From Eledone cirrhosa (Eukaryota), in assembly GCA_964016885.1 (NCBI GenBank), contig OZ024747.1, forward strand, positions 49,972,001 to 50,036,000: a stretch of 64,000 nucleotides of DNA, read 5' to 3'. Below are positions 25,876 through 36,900 of the stretch, in pieces; positions within the stretch are counted from its first letter, which is position 1; each line of letters opens with the position of its first letter. Under the pieces are notes generated by a model, which was not told the DNA's origin, did not search any database, and saw only the letters and a program-made list of their open reading frames with translations. Both the position numbers and the translations under genes were made by a program.

Positions 25876-26529
25876 AAGGAAAGAGACAAGAAGTATTAAC
25901 GGCCAGAACAAGCCAAAACTCAGTCCTTGAATTCATCGCGTAAATATGTCTTAAGCTTTTTCCTTTGATATTGTGTGTCTGCTATTGAAATATTAATATT
26001 AATATATTATATTATGTTATATGTAATTGAATTATAAGTATGTTGTCCGGTATTGAAGTACTGATATGGAATATTATATGAATTTGAGCTGCCTATACCT
26101 CTGTATATTTATTGAAATATTTAATATTATTATATTATATTATATTATATGTAATTGAATTATATGTGTCCGGTTTTGAAGTAATATGTAATATTGTATG
26201 AATTTGAACTGCTTATACCTCTGTATATTTGTTGTCTATATCATATATATTTATATATATATTTTATCACCATACTATAATTTATTATATGGTATTATTA
26301 TATTTTTTTCTTACCCTGTGAAATAATTTATGCACATTTTGTTGACTTTAAATGATACGTATGATGTATTTTTATATATTTTTTGATGTCAATATATTAT
26401 TCCATTGATTCTGGTATTGCTTATTCACACCGCCAGGGTGATTATTCTATTATAATGTTTATATTTATATTTATATCTGTGTTAGTATGTGTTTGTGTAA
26501 ATGTGTATATATGTGTGTCAGAGTGAGTG

Positions 26530-26561
<32 letters not shown>

Positions 26562-26565
<4 letters not shown>

Positions 26566-28033
26566 CTGTTACAAAGGTAAAGGAGATGCCCTAGATAGGT
26601 GTAACTATAGAGGCATTAAATTAATCGACCAGGTCATGAAGGTCACGGAAAAAGTAATAGCGCAACTAATCAGAGAGAGAATTGATCTAGATGAAATGCA
26701 GTTCGGGTTTGTGTCAGTTCGGGTTTGTACCACAGACGCTCTTTTCATTGTACGACAACTACAGGAGAAGTACCTAGCTAAAAGTAAACCCCTATACTTA
26801 GCCTTTGTCGACTTGGAGAAAGCCTTCGACAGAGTCCCCTGTTCCATTATCTGGTGGGCTCTTAGAAAACTAGGTGTTGACAAATGGCTTGTGAGAGCTA
26901 TACAAGCCATGTATAAAGAAACAGTCAGCAAGGTTAGAATTAACAACGAATATAGTGAAGAGTTTAGCGTAAAAGTTGGTGTCCATCAGGGCTCTGTTCT
27001 TAGCCCCCTACTATTTATTATTGCCCTTCAGGCTATAACAGAGGAGTTCAAGACCGGCAGCCCATGGGAACTCCTATACGCAGATGATCTAATGCTCATA
27101 GCTGAATCAATGACCGAACTAGAGAAGAAATTCCAAACATGGAAGCACGGCCTAGAATCAAAAGGCCTTAAAATTAACCTGGCTAAGACTAAAGTTCTAG
27201 TTTGTAGGAAAGAAAATAAGGCGGCGGTCCCTTCCGGGAAATGGCCATGCTCAGTGTGTAGGAAAGGCGTAGGTAGAAACTCCATTTTATGTCCCAAATG
27301 CAAAGTATGGGTGCATAAAAGATGTAGTGGGATCACAGGTAAGCTAACTAAGAACATAGATTTTACATGTGGCCGGTGCTCTGGTGCAATAAGTAGCAGC
27401 AAGTGCCCACAAAATACTAGCTCTTTCAATTGCGCAGAGGGTTCTATAGAAATAGTGGACAGCTTCCGTTACCTGGGTGACAAAATCAGCAGTGGGGGAG
27501 GGTGCTCCGAAAGTACAGTAGCTAGAGTCAGAACTGGATGGAAAAAGTTCAGAGAGCTTATACCACTATTAGCCGCTAAAGGGTTCTCCCTAAAAATGAA
27601 AGGCAGGTTATACGATGCCTACATACGAACAGCAATGCTGCATGGCAGTGAGACCTGGGCATTGTGTGCAGAGGATATACGCAGACTAGAGAGGAACGAA
27701 GCTTGCATGCTCCGCTGGATGTGCAATAGTAATATACGTGAACGGCTAAGCATAAACGAACTAAGGAAAAAATTAGAAATAAGAGGGATCAGATGTTGTT
27801 TACTCGAGAGAAGGCTACGTTGGTATGGTCACGTGATGCGCATGAAAGACGACAGCTGTATAACAAAGTGCAGGGCAATAAAGATAGACGGTAGCCACGG
27901 AGTAGGCAGACCCAGAAAAACATGGGACGAGCTGATAAATTCCGACCTCACACGCTTACACCTCTCCAAGACAATGTCACTGGACCGAGACCTTTGGCGG
28001 TACTCAGTAATAGAGAAGACCCGCCTTACCTAA
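26562..28033 (+). CDS. RTE ORF fragment: reverse transcriptase, PHD-like finger, C-terminus (no true start; the predicted N-terminus is microsatellite)
   Basis: YKGKGD..NYRGIKL, QFGF, FVDLEKAFD, GVHQGSVLSPLLF, YADD, CSVC..CPKCKVWVHKRC..CGRC, YLGD, GRPRKTW. Confidence 0.85.
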
Positions 28034-28427
28034 ATACAAAGTAAAACCTACTACAGTCAGTAGGCATCTCTATCAAAACACACCCCGTCCCCCGCCCCCA
28101 CCCCATCCACACCGCCCCTTTCAATGTAAAGTTATGTTGGTGCCACAACATCCAGGCCGAAACAAATGAGATCGTGTAGGTGTCACGACAAAAAAACACA
28201 GTCCACGCTGTAAATGTGGCCGTGTAGGCAACACGGTAAAAACCTCCCAGACCCACACTGTAAATGTGGTTGGTGTTAGGAAGGGCATCCAGCTGTAGAA
28301 AACCCGCCAGACAGTCCTATGCGAGCAAGACAACCACTCTTGCCTCAAGTGGGAAAACCCCCGTCCAAACCCATGCAAGCGTGGAACACGGACGCTAAAC
28401 ATTGATGATGATGATGATGATGATGAT
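26562..28427 (+). mobile_element. RTE-clade LINE, 5'-truncated, young, inserted in (TA)n
   Basis: Open RT-to-end frame, 3' UTR and (GAT)n tail, with TA flanks. Confidence 0.95.
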
Positions 28428-28720
28428 ATATATATTAAGTTTTTTATTTCTTATTATCTATTGTATTGTATATTGTATTATAATTTTCACATTGTATTAC
28501 TATGTTGTGTTTCATGTATTAGACATATATTATACTTTCAACGTGGGTTTGTTTTGATGTCTAACTTGCTCTCTTGCCCTATAGTCTATATTTACAAATG
28601 CACCCTTTTAGCTTTAGCATGTCTTTCCAAGTTAACTTTCCTAAATTTTCATAAATATCAATTCCCTATTCTTCTGAGTTTTGATTGTTCTGGCCGTTAA
28701 TACTTCTTGTCTCTTTCCTT

Positions 28721-28761
28721 GCTCTGATGAGTCCTTATTAATGGGACGAAACACTGTCAGC
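28721..28761 (+). ncRNA. Minimal type-I hammerhead ribozyme with canonical core
   Basis: GCT-CTGATGA-GTCC-TTATTAATG-GGAC-GAAAC-ACT-GTC-AGC. Predicted cleavage after C28758. Confidence 0.88.
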
Positions 28762-28816
28762 TAATAAAGACTTTTGATGTATTGAAGGCTTCTTTGTTTA
28801 TTTTTTATAATTTTTA

Positions 28817-28861
<45 letters not shown>

Positions 28862-28864
<3 letters not shown>

Positions 28865-29124
28865 GATGAAATGACAGTAAATAATAACATTGAAATATTG
28901 AATGTCTGCATAACTAAAAGTTTGTAGATAGCAGCTGTTTTAGGTTATGTAACTGTTATAGAAACACGTGTCAATAAATTCCTTTCAACTAAACTGTATC
29001 CATTCAAATCTTTCTATTTTTCTCCGGATTACTTTTGGAACTACAACTGGAACCGTCGAGCAAACTCTACGTGAGCTGATAATCTACTGTGTGTAATATT
29101 TATATTACAACACAACGGAAAATA

Positions 29125-29128
<4 letters not shown>
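28862..29128 (+). mobile_element. Solo PLE pLTR-like fragment between TA runs
   Basis: Begins at a hammerhead core, continues with a ~155-nt tail, and has (TA)n on both sides. Confidence 0.6.
28863..28976 (+). ncRNA. Type-I hammerhead with long stem II; stem I 5' arm lost to (TA)n
   Basis: CTGATGA-A-ATGACAGT...ACTGTTAT-A-GAAAC-ACGT-GTC-AATA, with palindrome ACACGTGT. Inner helix GCATAAC-TAAAA/TTTTAG-GTTATGT. Confidence 0.72.
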
Positions 29129-29206
<78 letters not shown>

Positions 29207-29354
29207 CTCTCATATATTTTATCTGATCAAAACGTACTTAAACATCATTTTACCTTTGAAATATGTATAATAAAATATAAATTTTCATTATGAGAAAACT
29301 TTTCATTTATTAATATTTTGAATATGTATATATATATATATATATCAGTGAAAA

Positions 29355-29389
<35 letters not shown>

Positions 29390-29537
29390 TGTGAGATATA
29401 TATGTATATATAAGAAAGAGATATAAGAGAGAGATATAAGATAGAGAGATATGAGAGAGAGAAAGAGAGATATAAGTAATGAGATAATATGGACACATTA
29501 TATGGCTGATTTCTCTATAGTTACATAACAGACAGTA

Positions 29538-30912
29538 GGTGGTGGTGGGGTGTTGGAAGTGGTGGTGGTGACTATGGTGGTGGTGGTAATGGAGACTGTG
29601 GTGGTAGTGGTGGTGTTGGAAGTGGAGACTGTGGTGGTGACTATGGTAGTGGAGACTGTGGTGGTGGTGGTGTTGGTAATGGAAACTGTGGTGGTGGTGA
29701 CTATGGTGGTGGTGGTATTGGTAGTGGAGACTGTGGTGGTGGTGGTGTTGGTAGTGGAGACTGTGGTGGTGTTGGTGTTGGTAGTGGAGACTGTGGTGGT
29801 GGTGTTGGTGTTGGTAGTGGAGACTGTGGTGGTGGTGGTGGAGACTGTGGTGGTGGTGGTGGTGGTAGTGGAGACTGTGGTGGTGGTGGTGGTGGTGGTG
29901 TTGGTAGTGGAGACTGTGGTGGTGGTGGTGTTGGTGGTGGAGACTGTGGTGGTGGTGGTGGTGTTGGTAGTGGAGACTGTGTGGCGGTGGTGTGGGTGGT
30001 GGTGGTGGTGTTGGTAGTGGAGACTGTGGTGGTGGTGGTGGTGTTGGTGGTGGAGACTGTGGTGGTGGTGGTGTTGGTAGTGGAGACTGTGGTGGTGGTG
30101 GTGGTGTTGGTAGTGGAGACTGTGGTGGTGGTGGTGGTGTTGGTAGTGGAGACTGTGGTGGTGGTGGTGGTGTTGGTGGTGGAGACTGTGGTGGTGGTGG
30201 TGGTGGTGGTGGAGACTGTGGTGGTGGTGGTGGTGTTGGTGGTGGAGACTGTGGTGGTGGTGGTGGTGGTGGTGGAGACTGTGGTGGTGGTGGTGGTGTT
30301 GGTGGTGGAGACTGTGGTGGTGGTGGTGGTGGTGGTGGAGACTGTGGTGGTGGTGGTGGTGTTGGTAGTGGAGACTGTGGTGGTGGTGGTGGTGTTGGTA
30401 GTGGAGACTGTGGTGGTGGTGGTGGTGTTGGTAGTGGAGACTGTGGTGGTGGTGGTGGTGTTGGTAGTGGAGACTGTGGTGGTGGTGTTGGTGGTGGAGA
30501 CTGTGGTGGTGGTGGTGTTGGTAGTGGAGACTGTGGTGGTGGTGGTGGTGTTGGTAGTGGAGACTGTGGTGGTGGTGGTGGTGTTGGTAGTGGAGACTGT
30601 GGTGGTGGTGGTGGTGTTGGTGGTGGAGACTGTGGTGGTGGTGGTGGTGGTGGTGTTGGTAGTGGAGACTGTGGTGGTGGTGTTGGTAGTGGAGACTGTG
30701 GTGGTGGTGGTGGTGGTGTTGGTAGTGGAGACTGTGGTGGTGGTGGTGGTGTTGGTGGTGGAGACTGTGGTGGTGGTGGTGGTGGTGGTGTTGGTAGTGG
30801 AGACTGTGGTGGTGGTGTTGGTAGAGGAGACTGTGGTGGTGGTGGTGGTGGTGTTGGTAGTGGAGACTGTGGTGGTGGTGGTGGTGGTGGTGGTGTTGGT
30901 GGTGGAGACTGT

Positions 30913-30943
<31 letters not shown>

Positions 30944-33900
30944 ACTGTGGTGGTGGTGGTGGTGTTGGTAGTGGAGACTGTGGTGGTGGTGATGTTGGTG
31001 GTGGAGACTGTGGTGGTGGTGGTGTTGGTAGTGGAGACTGTGGTGGTGGTGGTGTTGGTGGTGGAGACTGTGGTGGTGGTGGTGTTGGTGGTGGAGACTG
31101 TGGTGGTGGTGGTGTTGGTGGTGGAGACTGTGGTGGTGGTGGTGTTGGTAGTGGAGAGACTGTGGTGGTGGTGGAGACTGTGGTGGTGGTAGTGTTGGTG
31201 GTGGAGACTGTGGTGGTGGTGGTGTTGGTGGTGGAGACTGTGGTGGTGTTGGTGTTGGTGGTGGAGACAGTGGTGGTGGTGGTGTTGGTGGTGGAGACTG
31301 TGGTGGTGGTGGTGTTGGTAGTGGAGACTGTGGTGGTGGTGGTGGTGTTGGTAGTGGAGACTGTGGTGGTGGTGGTGTTGGTGGTGGAGACTGTGGTGGT
31401 GGTGGTGTTGGTAGTGGAGACTGTGGTGGTGTTGGTGGTGGAGACTGTGGTGGTGGTGGTGTTGGTAGTGGAGACAGTGGTGGTGGTGGTGGTGTTGGTA
31501 GTGGAGACTGTGGTGGTGGTGGTGTTGGTGGTGGAGACTGTGGTGGTGGTGGTGTTGGTAGTGGAGACTGTGGTGGTGGTGGTGTTGGTAGTGGAGACTG
31601 TGGTGGTGTTGGTGGTGGAGACTGTGGTGGTGTTGGTGTTGGTGGTGGAGACAGTGGTGGTGGTGGTGTTGGTGGTGGAGACTGTGGTGGTGGTGGTGTT
31701 GGTAGTGGAGACTGTGGTGGTGGTGGTGGTGTTGGTAGTGGAGACTTTGCTGGTGTTGGTAGTGGAGACTGTGGTGGTGGTGGTGGTGTTGGTAGTGGAG
31801 ACTGTGGTGGTGGTGGTGTTGGTAGTGGAGACTGTGGTGGTGGTGGTGGTGTTGGTGGTGGAGACTGTGGTGGTGGTGGTGTTGGTGGTGGAGACTGTGG
31901 TGGTGGTGGTGTTGGTAGTGGAGACTGTGGTGGTGGTGGTGGTGTTGGTAGTGGAGACTGTGGTGGTGGTGGTGTTGGTAGTGGAGACTGTGGTGGTGGT
32001 GGTGGTGTTGGTGGTGGAGACTGTGGTGGTGGTGGTGTTGGTGGTGGAGACTGTGGTGGTGGTGGTGTTGGTAGTGGAGACTTTGCTGGTGTTGGTAGTG
32101 GAGACTGTGGTGGTGGTGGTGGTGTTGGTAGTGGAGACTGTGGTGGTGGTGGTGTTGGTAGTGGAGACTGTGGTGGTGGTGGTGGTGTTGGTGGTGGAGA
32201 CTGTGGTGGTGGTGGTGTTGGTGGTGGAGACTGTGGTGGTGGTGGTGGTGTTGGTAGTGGAGACTGTGGTTGTGGTGGTGTTGGTAGTGGAGACTGTGGT
32301 GGTGGTGGTGTTGGTAGTGGAGACTGTGGTGGTGGTGGTGGTGTTGGTGGTGGAGACTGTGGTGGTGGTGGTGTTGGTGGTGGAGACTGTGGTGGTGGTG
32401 GTGGTGTTGGTAGTGGAGACTGTGGTGGTGGTGGTGTTGGTAGTGGAGACTGTGGTGGTGGTGGTGGTGTTGGTTGTGGAGACTGTGGTGGTGGTGGTGG
32501 TGGTAGTAGAGATTGTGTGGTGGTGGTGGTGTTGGTGGTGGAGACAGTGGTGGTGGTAGTGGAGACTGTGGTGGTGGTGGTGGTGTTGGTGGTGGAGACA
32601 GTGGTGGTGGTGGTGTTGGTAGTAGAGATTGTGTGGTGGTGGTGGTGTTGGTGGTGGAGACAGTGGTGGTGGTGGTGGTGGTGTTGGTAGTGGAGACTGT
32701 GGTGGTGGTGGTGGTGTTGGTGGTGGAGACAGTGGTGGTGGTGGTGTTGGTAGTGGAGACTGTGGTGGTGGCGGTGTTGGTGGTGGAGGCAGTGGTGGTG
32801 GTGTTGGTGGTGGAGACTGTGGTGGTGGTGGTGGTGGTGGTGTTGGTAGTGGAGACTGTGGTGGTGGTGGTGGTGTTGGTAGTGGAGACTGTGGTGGTGG
32901 TGGTGTTGGTGGTGGAGACTGTGGTGGTGGTGGTGTTGGTAGTGGAGACTGTGGTGGTGGTGGTGGTGGTGGTGGTGTTGGTAGTGGAGACTGTGGTGGT
33001 GGTGGTGGTGTTGGTAGTGGAGACTGTGGTGGTGGTGGTGTTGGTGGTGGAGACTGTGGTGGTGGTGGTGTTGGTAGTGGAGACTGTGGTGGTGGTGGTG
33101 TTGGTGGTGGAGACTGTGGTGGTGGTGGTGTTGGTAGTGGAGACTGTGGTGGTGGTGGTGTTGGTGGTGGAGACTGTGGTGGTGGTGGTGTTGGTAGTAG
33201 AGATTGTGTGGTGGTGGTGGTGTTGGTGGTGGAGACAGTGGTGGTGGTGGTGGTGGTGTTGGTAGTGGAGACTGTGGTGGTGGTGGTGGTGTTGGTGGTG
33301 GAGACAGTGGTGGTGGTGGTGTTGGTAGTGGAGACTGTGGTGGTGGCGGTGTTGGTGGTGGAGGCAGTGGTGGTGGTGTTGGTGGTGGAGACTGTGGTGG
33401 TGGTGGTGGTGGTGGTGTTGGTAGTGGAGACTGTGGTGGTGGTGGTGGTGTTGGTAGTGGAGACTGTGGTGGTGGTGGTGTTGGTGGTGGAGACTGTGGT
33501 GGTGGTGGTGTTGGTAGTGGAGACTGTGGTGGTGGTGGTGGTGGTGGTGGTGTTGGTAGTGGAGACTGTGGTGGTGGTGGTGGTGTTGGTAGTGGAGACT
33601 GTGGTGGTGGTGGTGTTGGTGGTGGAGACTGTGGTGGTGGTGGTGTTGGTAGTGGAGACTGTGGTGGTGGTGGTGTTGGTGGTGGAGACTGTGGTGGTGG
33701 TGGTGTTGGTAGTGGAGACTGTGGTGGTGGTGGTGTTGGTGGTGGAGACTGTGGTGGTGGTGGTGTTGGTGGTGGAGACTGTGGTGGTGGTGGTGTTGGT
33801 AGTGGAGACTGTGGTGGTGGTGGTGGTGTTGGTAGTGGAGACTGTGGTGGTGGTGGTGGTGTTGGTAGTGGAGACTGTGGTGGTGGTGGTGTTGGTGGTG

Positions 33901-36900
33901 GAGACTGTGGTGGTGGTGGTGTTGGTGGTGGAGACTGTGGTGGTGGTGGTGTTGGTAGTGGAGACTGTGGTGGTGGTGGTGGTGTTGGTAGTGGAGACTG
34001 TGGTGGTGGTGGTGGTGTTGGTGGTGGAGACTGTGGTGGTGGTGGTGTTGGTGGTGGAGACTGTGGTGGTGGTGGTGTTGGTAGTGGAGACTGTGGTGGT
34101 GGTGGTGGTGTTGGTAGTGGAGACTGTGGTGGTGGTGGTGTTGGTGGTGGAGACTGTGGTGGTGGTGGTGTTGGTAGTGGAGACTGTGGTGGTGGTGGTG
34201 GTGTTGGTAGTGGAGACTGTGGTGGTGGTGGTGTTGGTAGTGGAGACTGTGGTGGTGGTGGTGTTGGTAGTGGAGACTGTGGTGGTGGTGGTGTTGGTGG
34301 TGGAGACTGTGGTGGTGGTGGTGTTGGTGGTGGAGACTGTGGTGGTGGTGGTGTTGGTAGTGGAGACTGTGGTGGTGGTGGTGGTGTTGGTAGTGGAGAC
34401 TGTGGTGGTGTTGGTGGTGTTGGTAGTGGAGACTGTGGTGGTGGTGGTGGTGTTGGTGGTGGAGACTGTGGTGGTGGTGGTGTTGGTAGTGGAGACTGTG
34501 GTGGTGGTGGTGGTGGTGTTGGTAGTGGAGACTGTGGTGGTGGTGGTGGTGTTGGTGGTGGAGACTGTGGTGGTGGTGGTGTTGGTAGTGGAGACTGTGG
34601 TGGTGGTGGTGGTGGTGTTGGTAGTGGAGACTGTGGTGGTGGTGTTGGTGGTGGAGACTGTGGTGGTGTTGGTGGTGTTGGTAGTGGAGACTGTGGTGGT
34701 GGTGGTGGTGTTGGTGGTGGAGACTGTGGTGGTGGTGGTGTTGGTAGTGGAGACTGTGGTGGTGGTGGTGGTGGTGTTGGTAGTGGAGACTGTGGTGGTG
34801 TTGGTGGTGTTGGTAGTGGAGACTGTGGTGGTGGTGGTGGTGTTGGTGGTGGAGACTGTGGTGGTGGTGGTGTTGGTAGTGGAGACTGTGGTGGTGGTGG
34901 TGGTGGTGTTGGTAGTGGAGACTGTGGTGGTGGTGTTGGTGGTGGAGACTGTGGTGGTGGTGGTGTTGGTAGTGGAGACTGTGGTGGTGGTGGTGTTGGT
35001 AGTGGAGACTGTGGTGGTGGCGGTGGTGGTGGTGGAGGCAGTGGTGGCGGTGGTGTTGGTGGTGGAGACTTTGGTGGTGGTGGTAGTGTTGGTGGTGGAG
35101 ATTGGTGGTGGTGGTGTTGGTGGTGGAGGCAGTGGTGGTGGTGTTGGTGGTGGAGACTGTGGTGGTGGTGGTAGTGTTGGTTGTGGAGACTGTGGTGGTG
35201 GTAGTGGAGACTGTGGTGGTGGTGGTGTTGGTAGTGGAGACTGTGGTGGTGGTGGTGTTGGTAGTAGAGATTGTGTGGTGGTGGTGGTGTTGGTGGTGGA
35301 GACAGTGGTGGTGGTAGTGGAGACTGTGGTGGTGGTGGTGGTGTTGGTGGTGGAGACAGTGGTGGTGGTAGTGGAGACTGTGGTGGTGGTGGTGTTGGTA
35401 GTGGAGACTGTGGTGGTGGTGGTGTTGGTAGTAGAGATTGTGTGGTGGTGGTGGTGTTGGTGGTGGAGACAGTGGTGGTGGTGGTGGTGGTGTTGGTAGT
35501 GGAGACTGTGGTGGTGGTGGTGGTGTTGGTGGTGGAGACAGTGGTGGTGGTGGTGTTGGTAGTGGAGACTGTGGTGGTGGCGGTGTTGGTGGTGGAGGCA
35601 GTGGTGGTGGTGTTGGTGGTGGAGACTGTGGTGGTGGTGGTGTTGGTGGTGGAGACTGTGGTGGTGGTGTTGGTGTTGGTGGTGGAGACTGTGGTGGTGG
35701 TGGTGGTGTTGGTGGTGGAGGCAGTGGTGGTGGTGTTGGTGGTGGAGACTGTGGTGGTGGTGGTGGTGTTGGTGGTGGAGACAGTGGTGGTGGTGGTGTT
35801 GGTGGTGGAGACAGTGGTGGTGGTGGTGTTTGTAGTGGAGACTGTGGTGGTGGTGGTGGTGTTGGTGGTGGAGACAATGGTGGTGGTGGTGTTGGTGGTG
35901 GAGACTGTGGTGGTGGTGGTGGTGTTGGTGGTGGAGACTGTGGTGGTGGTGGTGGTGGTAGTGGAGACTGTGGTGGTGGTGGTGGTGTTGGTAGTGGAGA
36001 CTGTGGTGGTGGTGGTGTTGGTAGTGGAGACTGTGGTGGTGGTGGTGGTGTTGCTAGTGGAGACTGTGGTGGTTGTGGTGTTGGTAGTGGAGACTGTGGT
36101 GGTGGTGGTGTTGGTGGTGGAGACTGTGGTGGTGGTGGTGGTGTTGGTAGTGGAGACAGTGGTGGTGGTAGTGTTTGTAGTGGAGACTGTGGTGGTGGTG
36201 GTGGTGTTGGTAGTGGAGACTGTGGTGGTGGTGGTGTTGGTAGTGGAGACTGTGGTGGTGGTGGTGGTGTTGCTAGTGGAGACTGTGGTGGTTGTGGTGT
36301 TGGTAGTGGAGACTGTGGTGGTGGTGGTGTTGGTGGTGGAGACTGTGGTGGTGGTGGTGGTGTTGGTAGTGGAGACAGTGGTGGTGGTAGTGTTGGTAGT
36401 GGAGACTGTGGTGGTGGTGGTGGTGTTGGTAGTGGAGACTGTGGTGGTGGTGGTGTTGGTAGTGGAGACTGTGGTGGTGGTGGTGGTGTTTGTAGTGGAG
36501 ACTGTGGTGGTGGTGGTGTTGGTAGTGGAGACCGTGGTGGTGGTGGTGTTGGTGGTGGAGGCAGTGGTGGTGGTGGTGGAGACTGTGGTGGTGGTGGTGG
36601 TGGTGGTAGTGGAGACTGTGGTGGTGGTGGTGGTGGTGGTGTTGGTAGTGGAGACAGTGGTGGTGGTAGTGTTGGTAGTGGAGACTGTGGTGGTGGTGGT
36701 GGTGTTGGTAGTGGAGACTGTGGTGGTGGTGGTGGTGGTGTTGGTGGAGACTGTGGTGGTGGTGGTGGTGTTGGTAGTGGAGACTGTGGTGGTGGTGGTG
36801 GTGTTGGTGGTGGAGACTGTGGTGGTGGTGGTGTTGGTAGTGGAGACTGTGGTGGTGGCGGTGTTGGTGGTGGAGGCAGTGGTGGTGGTGTTGGTGGTGG

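Larger units (their letters stand above)
25686..28815. mobile_element. Non-coding PLE-like element with inverted hammerhead-bearing pLTRs, interrupted by an RTE LINE
   Basis: 25781-25923 and 28674-28815 are near-identical inverted repeats, and the left copy has an extra ~95-nt tail. TA runs on both outer flanks. The interior is AT-rich, with no RT apart from the inserted RTE. Confidence 0.75.
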
